Assembly (NCBI GenBank): GCA_013239625.1
Contig: MU056251.1
Location: 248,001 to 312,000 of the forward strand
DNA length: 64,000 bases
Direction: 5' to 3'
DNA from: Lama guanicoe
Taxonomy: Eukaryota
The stretch's first letter is position 1. Every line of letters begins with the position of its first letter. The translations under genes and the position numbers were made by a program. The notes under the pieces are model-generated. The model was not told the DNA's origin. It saw nothing but the letters and a program-made list of their open reading frames with translations, and made no database searches. Below are positions 35,693-47,600 of this stretch, piece after piece.

Positions 35693-35981
35693 TATTTCTT
35701 TAAACTTTTTTATTGAGTTATAGTCATTTTACAACATTGTCAAATTCCAGTGTAGAGCACAATTTTTCAGTTATACATGAACATATATATATTCATTGTC
35801 ACATTTTTTTTCGCTGTGAGCTACCACAGGATCTTATAATTTCCCTGTGCTTTACAGTATAATCTTGTTTATCTATTCTACATTTTGAAATCCCAGCCTG
35901 TCCCTTCCCACCCTGTGCCCCCTTGGCAACCACAAGTTTGTATTCTATGTCTGTGAGTCTGTTTCTGTTTTGCATTTATGT
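35693..35981 (-). mobile_element. Second L1 3' end fragment with TSD
   Basis: TTTTTATTGAGTTATAGTC..CCCCTTGGCAACCACAAGTTTGTATTCTATGTCTGTGAGTCTG; flanked by AGAACGAAACATTT (35679-35692) and AGAACAAAACATTT (35982-35995). Confidence 0.8.
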
Positions 35982-36304
35982 AGAACAAAACATTTCAAAG
36001 TGATTCTTGGTCCCCTAAAAGTTTTGGGGACCCCACCACGTGGCAGAGATTGGTGAAGGAATATGGTTGGCGCAGTGTGACGGTGCTGAGGCATTTTAAG
36101 CAGAAGGAAAACCCAGCCCCTGCTAAAGGTCCCGTTTTCCTGGACAAAATCACCACACCTACCTCTGAGGCACAGAGCGATGCTGGTAAGTGGACAAAGC
36201 AGAGCTGTAAACCTGGAATGGGGAGCTCTCCCCCAGGTGCAGCAGTGAGAAGGCACAGAGGTTCGTTTCATCGCAACTGCCAGAGGTTACATACTCGTTT
36301 CTGG

Positions 36305-36398
36305 CTTTTTTCCCCTTAATGGAGGCACTGGGAATTGAACCCAGGACCTCATTCACGCCGAGTCCCTTCTCTACCACTGAGCTGTGCTCCCCGCCCTG
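36305..36398 (-). mobile_element. tRNA-derived SINE (vic-1-like)
   Basis: GGAGGCACTGGGAATTGAACCCAGGACCTC..CTCTACCACTGAGCT is the reverse complement of the SINE head. Confidence 0.75.
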
Positions 36399-36479
36399 CT
36401 ACTGGCTAATTTCTTTGACTTCTTCAGATCTCAAGATAGTCAGGAAAACTTTGATTTGCCAAAGTAAATTTTTTTGTAC

Positions 36480-37270
36480 CTTGAAATTGGCATATTTTCA
36501 AATTAGTTTTTAAATATTATAAAATACATCCTCATAAGAATTCAAACAACACAGAAAAATAAGAATTCCTTTCTCTCCTGGCCTCCTCAGTCCCATTTAC
36601 CCCACCCCCAACCCCACTTTTTTTCCCTCTTCACTTAGCAATAGGTCTTCAACGTCTACTCAAGTCAGGAGATAGATTTAAAAAAAAAAAACACTATTTT
36701 TACAGCTGCATAATTGTCCACAGTGAGCAGATACCGTGTTTATTCGATTATTCCCCACAGACGGGTTTCACTTTGTGCCCGACTTCTGCCGCTGCGAGTC
36801 ATGAGCATTTTTACATGTGGTTCCCGGTACTTGCCTTCTGTAGGCTAGATTCCCATTAGTGGGAACTAAATTGGGAGAATGGGTCAGGGGACGTGTACAT
36901 TTAAAATCTTAGTCGGTGTTGACAGGGTATTTCCCAGGAAGTTACAGCCGCTTACATTCCTCTCGGCCACACGCAGGGGCCTCTGCTGTGTGAAGCTTCG
37001 CCAGCCGAGCGAGCCGGTGGCAGGGCTTCCCGCCCCTGCAGAGGCCGCCTGTTCCTCCCCGTTTCCCTGTAAGCTGCTTTCTGACTGGCTGGGAGGAGCT
37101 CTTCGCTGTTAGGGGTGGTGCCCCTCTGAGGCTGTAAGTCACATCCCGCACATACCTTCCCCGACTGTTTTGTGTTTTGACCTTCGTGTTTTCCTTTGTG
37201 GCATCTGGGTTTCCTGTCGTGCTTATCAGGGAAGTTTTCACTCTCCCAGGATTAGAGAAATACTCTCCTG
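36480..37270 (-). mobile_element. Ancient L1M 3' remnant, antisense
   Basis: TTTTTTCCCTCTTCACTTAGCAATAGGTCTT..TTTTACAGCTGCATAATTGTCCA..TTCTGTAGGCTAGATTCCCATTAGTGGGA are typical L1M antisense motifs. Confidence 0.5.
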
Positions 37271-38606
37271 CAGCACCTTCGAGGGAATGTGATGGCTGGC
37301 TTAGCTTCTAAGAAACACTCTGCCCCGTTACGAGCTTACCTGAGGCAGAGTGACTGGGCCCTGGAGGAGCCTGAAGCTGTTAACGACGAGGTAAAAGTTC
37401 CTGGGCTTCATTACCTGTTGTGGAAGTGGGTGGCATGGCCTATACTTACACAAGTGCACCTCACAGCTGCATCGAGACATTCTCCTTTCACACCAGAACC
37501 ACAGTTACAGTAACTTGAGGATGGGTCTGGGACCCACACACAGCTGAGGCCACCCGCACCCATGTGCCAGCGAGGGGGTCGAGCCACTCACTCTCTGCAC
37601 CTGCCCTTCCAGTTCTTCCCACACTGTTCCAGGCTGTGCCGCGCAGGGTGGTGGCGCCCAGAGCCCCCTCAGCAGTGCCCCTCGCAGGTAAGTACCTGGA
37701 GCTGGGAATCCTGAACACGCACATCTCAGCGTCGAACCCTGCCCTGCACTGTCCCTCAGGGCCCCAGGCCTTGGACCCCGGCACGCACCCAGCGTGCCAG
37801 GGCTCGCCCACGTGACGCACACCTGCACCACGCGTCCCCTCGGGTGACAGCCAGCACACAGGACGTGAGGGCCGGTGTGTCGATTGTCACCCTGCTGACG
37901 CAGGTGATGCACCTTCAATCAGAGACGAAGAACCTCGGTCGACTCCGATTCTACGTGTGTTTTAACGCCAGCACGTGAGTTTCGGAAATGAGGCTTTCTC
38001 ACCGACAGTGGTCAGCGCCCTGAAGCTCGTTTTCTGTTCACGTGATGGAGCCCATCTCGCTCCGAGCTTGTCTCCCACGGTGACAAGTCGTGAAGCAAAG
38101 CGTCGGTGACCACAGTGCAGTCCTGATCTGTGACACCTCGTGAGGAACAGTTCCTTCCCGGGTCGGCTGCCCAGGGCCAGCGGGTCCCCAGCTGGGGCCT
38201 GGCACCACCACCTCACACACGGGAGTGGGGCTCATGCCCCGAAGCACGGAACCCAGAGTTACCCCGAGGCCAGCCCCCACCTTTCAGCCAAACACACGAC
38301 AGACGCCATCCAGTCAGTTCTGAGGCAGTTTCAGCTGGTTCACTAAAGCCTCATTTCCAGAAAAGCCCCGAGTGGAGGCTGACCTTGTGCGTCCTCAACG
38401 GTCCCCTGGCGGGTCTGGTGGGGCGATGAACGCACGGGTCCAGGGGTGTGGCTGAGGCGGCGAGCTTGGGGACAGAGCCCTTTCCGAGGAGGAATCCCTG
38501 TGATTTGCTCCCAAGTCCAGCAGCCAGCATTCAGATGTTTCCAGAAAGGAGGTGGAAACCCCATCAGAAAGGGACGGACCCCTCCAGGTCCACCCACAGC
38601 CCTGGC

Positions 38607-41600
38607 CTAGGCCGCCTTCTGCTTCTGCTCCTCCTGCGGGAGGAGAGGGGGAGGTGGGCACGATGCCCCCCCTGCCCGCCCGCCCCCGCGGGGAGAGATG
38701 CCCAGAGCTCACTCAGAAAGAGGAGTCCTGACCCTGGCACAACCCCCACCCTAGGCCTGGGGCGTCCCCTCCCCGTCCCCTCCCTCCACGGGCAGTGACA
38801 CGAGGCAGCCCAGCCCTCACCTTGACCGCCCTCTCCAGCTGGGACAAGGCCTCCTCGTACCGCGGGACCAGCGGCTGCAGGAGCTCGCTGGGGGTGTCGT
38901 GCCGCTGCAGCCCCGGCACCCCGCCTTCGGCCAGCATCCTGAGGAATCGCCTCTCCTGGAGGGGAGCACTCGAGGGGTAGAGGTCCCCGTCCTCCCCGTG
39001 CCCACGGGAGAGCCCCACCCCTGGCCTCCCGCTAAGACCCACGCCACGTGGACTGACCTGCACTTTGAGGAGCAGCGTGAAGGCCTGTCCGGTCTTCCCA
39101 GCGCGGGCGGTTCTGCCGACCCTGAAACCAGGCACAGCCACCTCCAGGACGGTGGCCCCTGGCCCTCTCGAGGCCACCCCACCCAGACCTAGGACCAGCC
39201 CCCACAGGTGCCCCAGGCCAGCCTCACCGGTGCACGTAGGTCCGCAGGTACTGGGGGGCGTCGTAGTTCAGCACCAGCTGCACACCCTGCACATCGATGC
39301 CGCGGGCCGTGGCGTCGGTGCTGACGAGGCTGGTGGGACACGAGCGGCTGGAGGCCCCGCCCGGGGCCAGGAGCAAGGCCCCCCACCCCTAGCTCCCGTG
39401 CCGTGGAGTTGGGAGCGCCCTTCAGGAACCCCGAGCAGGGCCCCCGCCCGCCGTCCGGGCACTCACAGCTGAATCTTCCCCTGCTCAAACTGCTTCAAGA
39501 TCATCTTCCTCTGACCAGGCCCGTAGCGAGAGGAGAACTCGGCCACGGCCACTCCCCCGAAAGCCTGGACGAGCAGGAACAGCCTGGGCGGGAGGAGCCA
39601 GAGCCGGGTGGGCGAGGCCATCGCCACCTCTGCCTCGGCTCCTGCCCTGCCCTGCGCAGCCAGGCCTCACCTGTGGGCGTTCTCGCGGGAGTTGGTGAAA
39701 CAGAGGACCCTTGAGAATTTCATTTCCAGGATCAGGTGCAGGACGACCAGTGGCTTGGAGCGGAGGCTGCAGGGCACGTAGTGATGCTGTGGGGGACGGC
39801 GCGGGGTTGGCCAGGGCCCGGGTGCCGAGATGTGCCCCCTCCCCAGCCCCCCGTGCCCTGCTCACCGCGAGCCCCGCAGGGAAGAGGTACTTCCCACCCA
39901 AGTCCCCATCCACGTCCACGTCAGGGGCTCCAAGGCCCCTGCGCACCGCCCCCGTGGAGAAGAGCCGGGGCTGGAAGAGGCCGAGCTGCTGCAGCTTTTC
40001 AGGGTTCTGGGTCAGGGTGGCCGAGAAGAGCAGTTTCTGCAGTGGCGTCTGGGGACAGCAGATGCTGAAAGAGAGGGGGTGCTGGGGAAGCAGCCCAGCC
40101 AGCCCACCCAGTGTGTGTGTGGGGGGTGTCTCAAAGACGGGGGCAGTGGGAGGGACCTGGGCCCGGGGCTGCTCTCCTGGGTGCGAAGCGTGGCGCAGGG
40201 CCAGGTACCTGGCTGCGGTCACAGCCTGGGGCTGCGTTCTCTGCAGCAGAGCAGAGGGGCCCCTGGTGCCCCCGCTGGGGAAGGCCGCCGCCACCACCCG
40301 TGGCAGCCAGGACTGGTGCATGCTATCGATCATCCGGTCAGCCTCGTCGATGACCTGCAGGAGACAGGGGACCGAGGTCAGCCTCGGCTCGGGGCCCGGG
40401 CCTCCCTCCCGGCGGGTGACCTACCAGGAAGCGGAGGTGCTGGAGGCTGAATCCCGGGGTTTGGTCGATGTGGTCCACCAGGCGGCCGGGTGTGGCCACC
40501 ACGATGTCGGCCAGGCAGCGGAAGCCGTCAGCTCTGTGGAACAGAGAGTGGCTCGGCGGGGCCCCTGCCCTGCGCCCTGCTCCCCACCCCCAGGGCCAGA
40601 TGGCCACACTGGCTGCACAGAGTGGGCCACCTCCCAGGAGAGCCCACAGCCCAGCAGGACGTACGTCTTCTGTACCAGGCTCTCCTGCTCCTTGGCCAGC
40701 GACTTCTGCCCGGTGACCAGGGCGACCCGCAGGGAGGTGGCGTCTGTGTAGACGTTGAACACTTTGCTCACCTGGAGGAGAGCAGCCGTCAGCAGCATGA
40801 CCGGGGACCCCGCTGCAGCGAGAGCAACCTGGGGCTGACCGCCAGGCGTGGGGCCCACGTACCTGCTGGGCCAGCTCCTTGGTTGGCAGCATGGCCAGGG
40901 CGCGGACCCGGCACACGGCTCGGGGCAGCAGGGCCTGTGGGGGTGAGACAGCCGTGTGAGCAGCAGCAGCTCTGTGCCTGCCAGACCCGCCTGGCCGGTG
41001 AGGGGCCCTCACACTCACCTGCACCACAGGGATGACAAAGGCCAGGGTCTTCCCGCTGCCCGTAGGGGCGGAAACACAGAGGTCGCTGGGCCGGTAGCCG
41101 CCTCTGCTCACCAGGAACCCGCCGGCTGCGCTCTCCAGGAGCGCGGGGATCACCGCTGCCTGGACTGGATGGAGAGGGTGAGGGGCAAGTCACGTCTGTG
41201 CAGATGCCCGGGGCTCACGAGCACAGATATCGGGCTGCCAGCGGCCTCTCTTGGCTCTGGGACTCCAGGCTGGGCGGCTCTTGCTTGAGGCCCCAGAGCC
41301 TCCAGGGCCATCGAGAGGCCCGAGACGCCGACACCGAGCACAGGGGCGGCCTGCCTCTAGAACGAGCCTCCCCTCCCCCGCCCGCCCCTCCCCCTGCCCA
41401 GGCAGGGCACCTGGAAAGTAGGACGAGATGCCCTGTGCCCGCAGCTTCTTCTGCAGGTCCGGGTGCACTTCAGGGATGTCCTCGATAGGCACCAGGCCTT
41501 CCATGATGTTCTTTCCAACGCAGCTCGGTTCAGCCAGCCACACCGGCAGGAACGGCTGGACCTGTCACAGAGGGCGGGAGAAGGAGGCCGGGTGAGGAGC

Positions 41601-44600
41601 CCCGAACCCGCCTGTCCAAGCCCTGCACACACTCAGGCTGAAGAGGCCGCAAGGAGGAGATCCCACAAGCCTCTACCTTCTCCTGGCTTCTCAGCCCCCC
41701 ACGAGGCACGCTCCACTTGGCCTTACAGGAGTTGAGAAATACACACCAAAAGGCGCCACTCCCGAAGCCAAACGCCCAGAGACTTGCCGCGGTGCCAGCT
41801 GGGCCTGCGACCCCAACTTCCAGCCCCTGGGCGCCTGCTTGCTCCTCTTTGGAAGATGAGGTGCCCCCTCTCCTGACGGTGTGACCCGAGCACTGTTAGC
41901 CCCGGAAACGGCCAGCCCCGCCGCAGGATGCCTTGTCTCAGCTCCATCCCGCTGGGGCCGTAAGCCCACCCCCACCCTCCTCCCATACACCAGAGCCCCT
42001 CACCTCACTCTCAGCCCATCAGAAATCTGCTCCCCCGCTCCTTTGTGTTCACAGCCCCTTCCCCAGTAACAGACGCTGCACGCTCACCCCCGAGCTCACA
42101 CAGGCACCTCTTGTCTGTGTGGCCCGCTGTTGCCAGCAGCAGCGTATCTGTTACACTTTCCTTTTGTCTTTGGTAAATCCTTTTACTGCCGGCGACACTG
42201 GCCCACTGTGTCCACCAAACATTTGGCAGCCCGTATGGGGAACCCCCAAAACATGGGGGACTCCAAAGGTACACGGAGCCTAGGGGCAGATCTCTCTCCC
42301 CCACTTCATACTGCGGCCTCTCCCCTGAGCAGGAGGCCAGACGGCCGGGGCGGGCTTCCCTGCCCGCCTCTGCTCTGCTCTCTCTCACTTCCCCTCCCGC
42401 TGCTCCCTAGTGTTGGGGACTTCTCCCAAGTCCTGCCGAGAACTGAGGACCTCCGGCTGGGCTGCTCTCAGCAGGCTCTGAAACGCGGTCTGATGGACGG
42501 GGGTGACCCCTGCCCCGACCTCAGGAACGCACACAGGAAGCACCTTCCTTCTCTACCTCCTCCACCCGCTTAGCTCTTGGCTACTACACAGCCCGTCCCT
42601 GGGCCAGAGGGGGCTCTGCATCTCCCCGGGGAAGGCACACATGAGGACTGGTCGTCCAGTGCCTTGAGTCACCCAGGACCCTGTCTCCTGGTCGGCCCCA
42701 GACACGTGAGAGGGAAAGGCGGGTCCAGCGGGTAAAAGCCCTTCTCCCCACAATCAGTGCACTCCCATACGGACTTTCCTGCTCCCGCTCTGCGGTCTCG
42801 GAGCCCAAGAGCCAGATGCTGTCCTCCTGCGTCTCCTCCCACACCGCCTCTGCGACCACGACGCGTCAGAGACGTCAGCTGAGTCTCCTGTCTCCAATCC
42901 CTGCCCAGGCAGAAGCCCCCAGTGGGCGAGGTGCGGCCTTTCCCTCTTTCTAAGCTGCTCAGCCCTCGCGCTGGTCTGGCCTTGGCACTGACCCCTTGGC
43001 GCTAGTGGGATGGCTCCTTGAGCCCCCGCGCTGGTCTGTTTCTCAGCCTCTCCGCTGGTGGCCTTGGCACCGGCTTTGGCCCACGTGCCGGCTGGCTTCC
43101 CTTCCCTGGGGGACACCCAAAGTAAAAGGACGCCGGAGGTTTGGCCTCTCTTTCTGGGGCAGATGCCCCAGAACAGCCTGCTGGCTCCCTCTCTGCTACC
43201 TCCCTTAACTGCCACGGGAGGCGCTGCTTCTGTTCCCCGGGACTCACTGCTGGGTGCATTTTGAAACACTGGAGTAAGTCTGACTCCCAGACATTGGGGA
43301 AAAAAAAGCAGCTTGTCTTTTTCTGTAATGTCACCTGGCCCCAGTACCAACTTCCAGATCAGGAGACCCGGCCCCTTCGGGGACCCTGAAGTCTAACACT
43401 CTTCTCCAGCTTGATTTTCTGTCGCCAACTGGGCAAACGGTCTGAGGTCCCCTGTGTCCAGGCTTTTACAGTTCTCTCCCCAAATTCGGACCTTCGTGAA
43501 AACTACCGTATGTGTCTCTCCCGATTCTTGCAGACCCCGCCACACTCCAGTCCCCGTGTGCCCGATGATCAGCCAGACATTCTGGCTGACCCCTCCTCTC
43601 TCGGGTTCCTAACGACAACCAGACGCCTTCTCTACAGCCTTCACTGCCCACTCTGCCTCCGACCGCCCCAGCTCTGGGACTGCTTCGTCCTCTGCCTCTC
43701 CCCCGCCCCCTCTCCCCTTGGGCCCCTCGACGGCTGAGTACCGTTCCTGGTCCCCGCTCTGTATCAGGGCCCCTTCTCCCCACCACACGCTGGACCAGGT
43801 GTTATTTACAACACAGCAGGACCGGCACCCCCAGTCAAGATGGATGTTCCAGAAGTCCCAGAACAAGACAGCACGCTGCCCCCTCGTGAGGTCACTGATG
43901 GGGAAGTGGGCGCCGTTCGGGGCCATGGGCCTTCTCTGTGTCAGGACCCTCACAGACACAGGCCAGGCTAGGCTCTTTCAGCCAGAACGCGTCTCGCTTC
44001 ATACAGGAGTTCCAGGTCCTCACCGCCTTTGACTTGAGCCGGCAGGACGTACTTGTTTTCACCACCTGTTGTACTAGTGGAGAAAAAGCCGCATCTGGTC
44101 CTCGGTCAGCGCTGGGCTGACGAGGTCCACGCTCGAGCTGCCCAAAATGCCAAGCCTGGGAAGGAAGCAGATCTCCACTGGACGTACAAGAAAGGGGCCC
44201 CGGGAGCGAACGGCGCAACCATGTGATTGCCTCCTTGCTGGAAGGGATGAAAAAGGCTGTGGTGAGACCTGTTAATTATACTGAACTGAGAGTGATCTTT
44301 CAGACACCTGATGGAAGTCCAGCCCTCCTCCATTCCAGGCTGGCGGAAGCCACGTGGAAGTGCCCCAGTCGCAGCCCTGACAGCCCAGGGGGCCCCACGA
44401 CACGAGCAGCTCATTTCAGCCGCCCGGCGTCCCCACACACCAGACAACAGCTTCAGGAGCTTGACCACGGCCCACAGACGCCCCTCCTGTCCTGTCAGGT
44501 GTGGCTTCCAGGTCTTTACCGACCGGGCAGAGACACCGAGGGGGAACGGGAAACGGGAGGGACAAGCAGCAGACTGAACACCAGGCCTCCAGGACTGCCA

Positions 44601-47600
44601 ACGCCCCGCAGGCACCCACTCAACCGGCCGCAAGCACAAGCGTCTGTCCGCAGGGAGCCCCGCCCTGGACAAGACCGTCTCTCTCCCTTGTCAACAGGCT
44701 GGGCATCCCAGTCCACACTGCGGGGAGGCCCCTCCAGGCCTTGCCCTGTATGCAAGGAAAAGGGTCACTGGAGGCCGGACTGCCCCTCTCTCCTGGCGCG
44801 GGATTGGGAGGGCCACCCCAGAGCCAAGGAGCCCTGTCAAGGCCGAGGCCCGTGCCCCAGGGCGCGCCTGCGGCTGGAGCCACAGAGGCCAGCAGGCCCC
44901 CCAACTCCGTTCCTCGACTTTGAGGAGCCGGGCAAGTACCGAGGGGGGGGGAGTGGCCCTCCCCCGGCCCACGGGGCCCAGAGGCTGTGGCAGGAAAGTC
45001 AGTCACATTTCTAGCTGACTCGAAAGACACTTACACCACCGGAACTTCACGTTTTCCTAGACCGAGCTGCCGGTCCTGGGTCCTCCTTCCTGGCACAGAC
45101 GGCCATCCCCAGACTGGCCGATCAACCCCACAGTTACCCAGGACTCCAGAAAACTGATTTTCACTCCCACGCTCCTTGTCCTCCCGAACGCCCCACAACA
45201 CTAGAGACCAAGCCTCGCGCCCACCCCCACTTCCCAGAGTCAGCCCCTCGGCAGCTCAGCCCTCAGCCCTAAAACACACAATCTGCTAAGGCCAGCAAGC
45301 ACCTCAGAGGCCAGCGACAAGAGCCAGACCTGGCTAAGCCGGTGCAAGTCCAGATGAAAGAACCTAACTTTCCCTCAGGAATCTGAGTAACCCCTTTCCC
45401 CTCAGAAATCTCAGTAACCCCTTTCCCCTGAGGAATCTCAGTGACCCCTTTCCCCTCAGGAATCTCAGTGACCCCTTTCCCCTCAGAAACCTCAGTGACT
45501 CCTTTCCCCTCAGGAATCTCAGTAACCATTTCCCCTCCATATACTCAATAGCGTTTGAAGCCTGCGGCCTGGAGGGGCCTCCGGTACCTGTTTCTTGCAT
45601 TCTTGTCATTGCCATGCAACACTTGATCCCACCCGTATAAAAGGCGGATGGGACGTATGGGTGGCTGAGCTCACGGCCTCCGTGAGGCTGTGGTCTCCAC
45701 ACACCCACTGGGCAAATCCCTGACAGTCTGGGCAGAGTCCCGCTCAACCCTCTGGTACTGTGTGAGACCTTAAGGAGGCCTTCCTCTGCATCCTGGACAC
45801 CCTCCCTCCCAGTTTCCTTTTGCTCTTGAAGCAAGATTTACAAACTGAAGTGTCCCAACCGTCAACCTGGACAGTCCCGTCCCAGGGGGTCAGAGACAGC
45901 CCCCATTTATCCGGACGAGCTCTAGCAAAGGATCTCTCTGCTTCGGTTTTCCCCGGCAGGGCCTTACCTCTGTATTTAGCAGACTTGCCAACGTGTAGCC
46001 TTGATAGAGAGTCTTCTGACTCAAGCACCATAATGGCACTACAAAAACCGGCCTCACGTGGGGATAAAGTCTCTCCCTCTGAGACCCAAACATGCACTCA
46101 CAGGGCACAATTCCTGGGCCTCACAGTAACCCCAGGAACAACGGGTTTGCCAGTCCAGAGAAACAGACTACTCTAGACACGGGGACCCCAGAGCTTTCCT
46201 GGGAATGGCAGGGTTTTGTAGGGCCTGGACACCCCGGTTTGGCCTCACAGCAAAGCTGCTCCACGCAGCTCTACAGGGACCAGAAAAGGAGCCCTGAGAT
46301 GGACCAGGCACTGCAAACCCTCTAACAGACCCCCACAGCGCCCCAGCTTTAGCTCTGCCTAATCTACAAAACCCTTTCTCCTGTTCGTGCATGGAACGCG
46401 GGGTTGCCCTGGAAGTCCTTCCACAGGACCCACCAGGCGGCCTGGAGCATCTCTCTCTAAAAATCTGGATCCTGTGGCCCAAGGAGGGCCCCGTGCCTCA
46501 GACCTCTAGCTTCTGTAGTTGAAGAGGCTTCAAAATTAACTCTGGGGCAAAATTAACTGCCTACCCGCCCCATCAAGTAATGGGCATTCTAAATTCAAAG
46601 CCTTTTCACTGGGTCTCTGACAGTCAGATCACCAAATAGCGAACGTTCCTCTTAAAAACTCCTGAACTCATGATTAAACAGTGTCAAACCCTCAGCGCAG
46701 CCCCTTCACTTCCTGACCCAGAGGCAGACTCCTCTACTGAACACTCATGCCTTCAGATACTAGATCTGACTTGTGCTGCTAGACCAGACTTACAAGGTAA
46801 GCCGCTCGAGGACCCAGATGACACCTGGCTTCCTGGTGCTGGGAGTGTTATGTTAAATGGGGCTCGACTGTCCGGTTACACCTCTGTGAGCCTTGCCAGT
46901 GCTACAGAATCAGGGCCTCCTCCCGGAGGCCCCTCTTCTGCTCAGAAGGCTGAACGCACAGCTCTCACCCGAGCTGTGCAACCAGGGGCAGGAGTGAGGT
47001 TAAACGCTGACACTGACTCATCATGCGCCTTCCGTGTTGTTCACACACATGCCGCCATCTGGTGAGAAAGGGGTCTTCTCACAGCACAAAACACACCCAC
47101 CAGACATGCTTCGGAAATCTCAGACTTGCTGGAAGCTGTAAATTATGCTTCCTACACATGGCAGTGATTCCGTCAAGCGCATCAAAGGGTAACGTGAGAT
47201 TTCCCGAGAAAAATCACAAAGCAAACAGGCCAGAGAAGCGGCAAAACTTCCCACTCAGGCAGCTTTACTTCCAACCCGCATGCCGGGGACCCCTCAGCAC
47301 ACTGAGGGAAAATGCAGGAGGCAACAAACACGGGACTCACTTTCACTCCTGAAGATGGCTTAAAAGCCCTGAGGGTAATGGTGACTCCCAAGAGCCTGAG
47401 CACAGAAAGCGCCACAGAACCTCCACGAGTCCGCCCCTTTGGGGGCAAAGGCCCTACAGGACTTAACACAGCCTCCGTTCGCGGGAAAGGGGACTTCTCA
47501 GACCCTGCGTGACACCTCCCACGCACGCCCAGTTCGTCTCCGGGTTAATAGCGAGGGACACGTTAGGCCACCGCCTCTCCTTCACCCAGTTCAGAGAAGA

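Noticed and set aside
36739-36744. DDX51 polyadenylation signal (AATAAA on the minus strand)
   Set aside because: Lies inside an old L1 remnant about 1.9 kb past the stop; cannot be distinguished from other candidates without 3'-end data.
39711-40751. 346-aa plus-strand ORF
   Set aside because: Antisense shadow of DDX51 exons and GC-rich introns; no independent protein signature.
44223-45014. 263-aa open gag ORF as a domesticated retroviral gene
   Set aside because: Starts at GTG, leaves the Gag frame after GPQTP (homology continues in another frame), and the true gag ATG is mutated; open by chance in GC-rich DNA.
45369-45536. CRISPR-like array of 27-bp repeats
   Set aside because: Head-to-tail copies with no unique spacers, no cas genes, eukaryotic context; it is a minisatellite.
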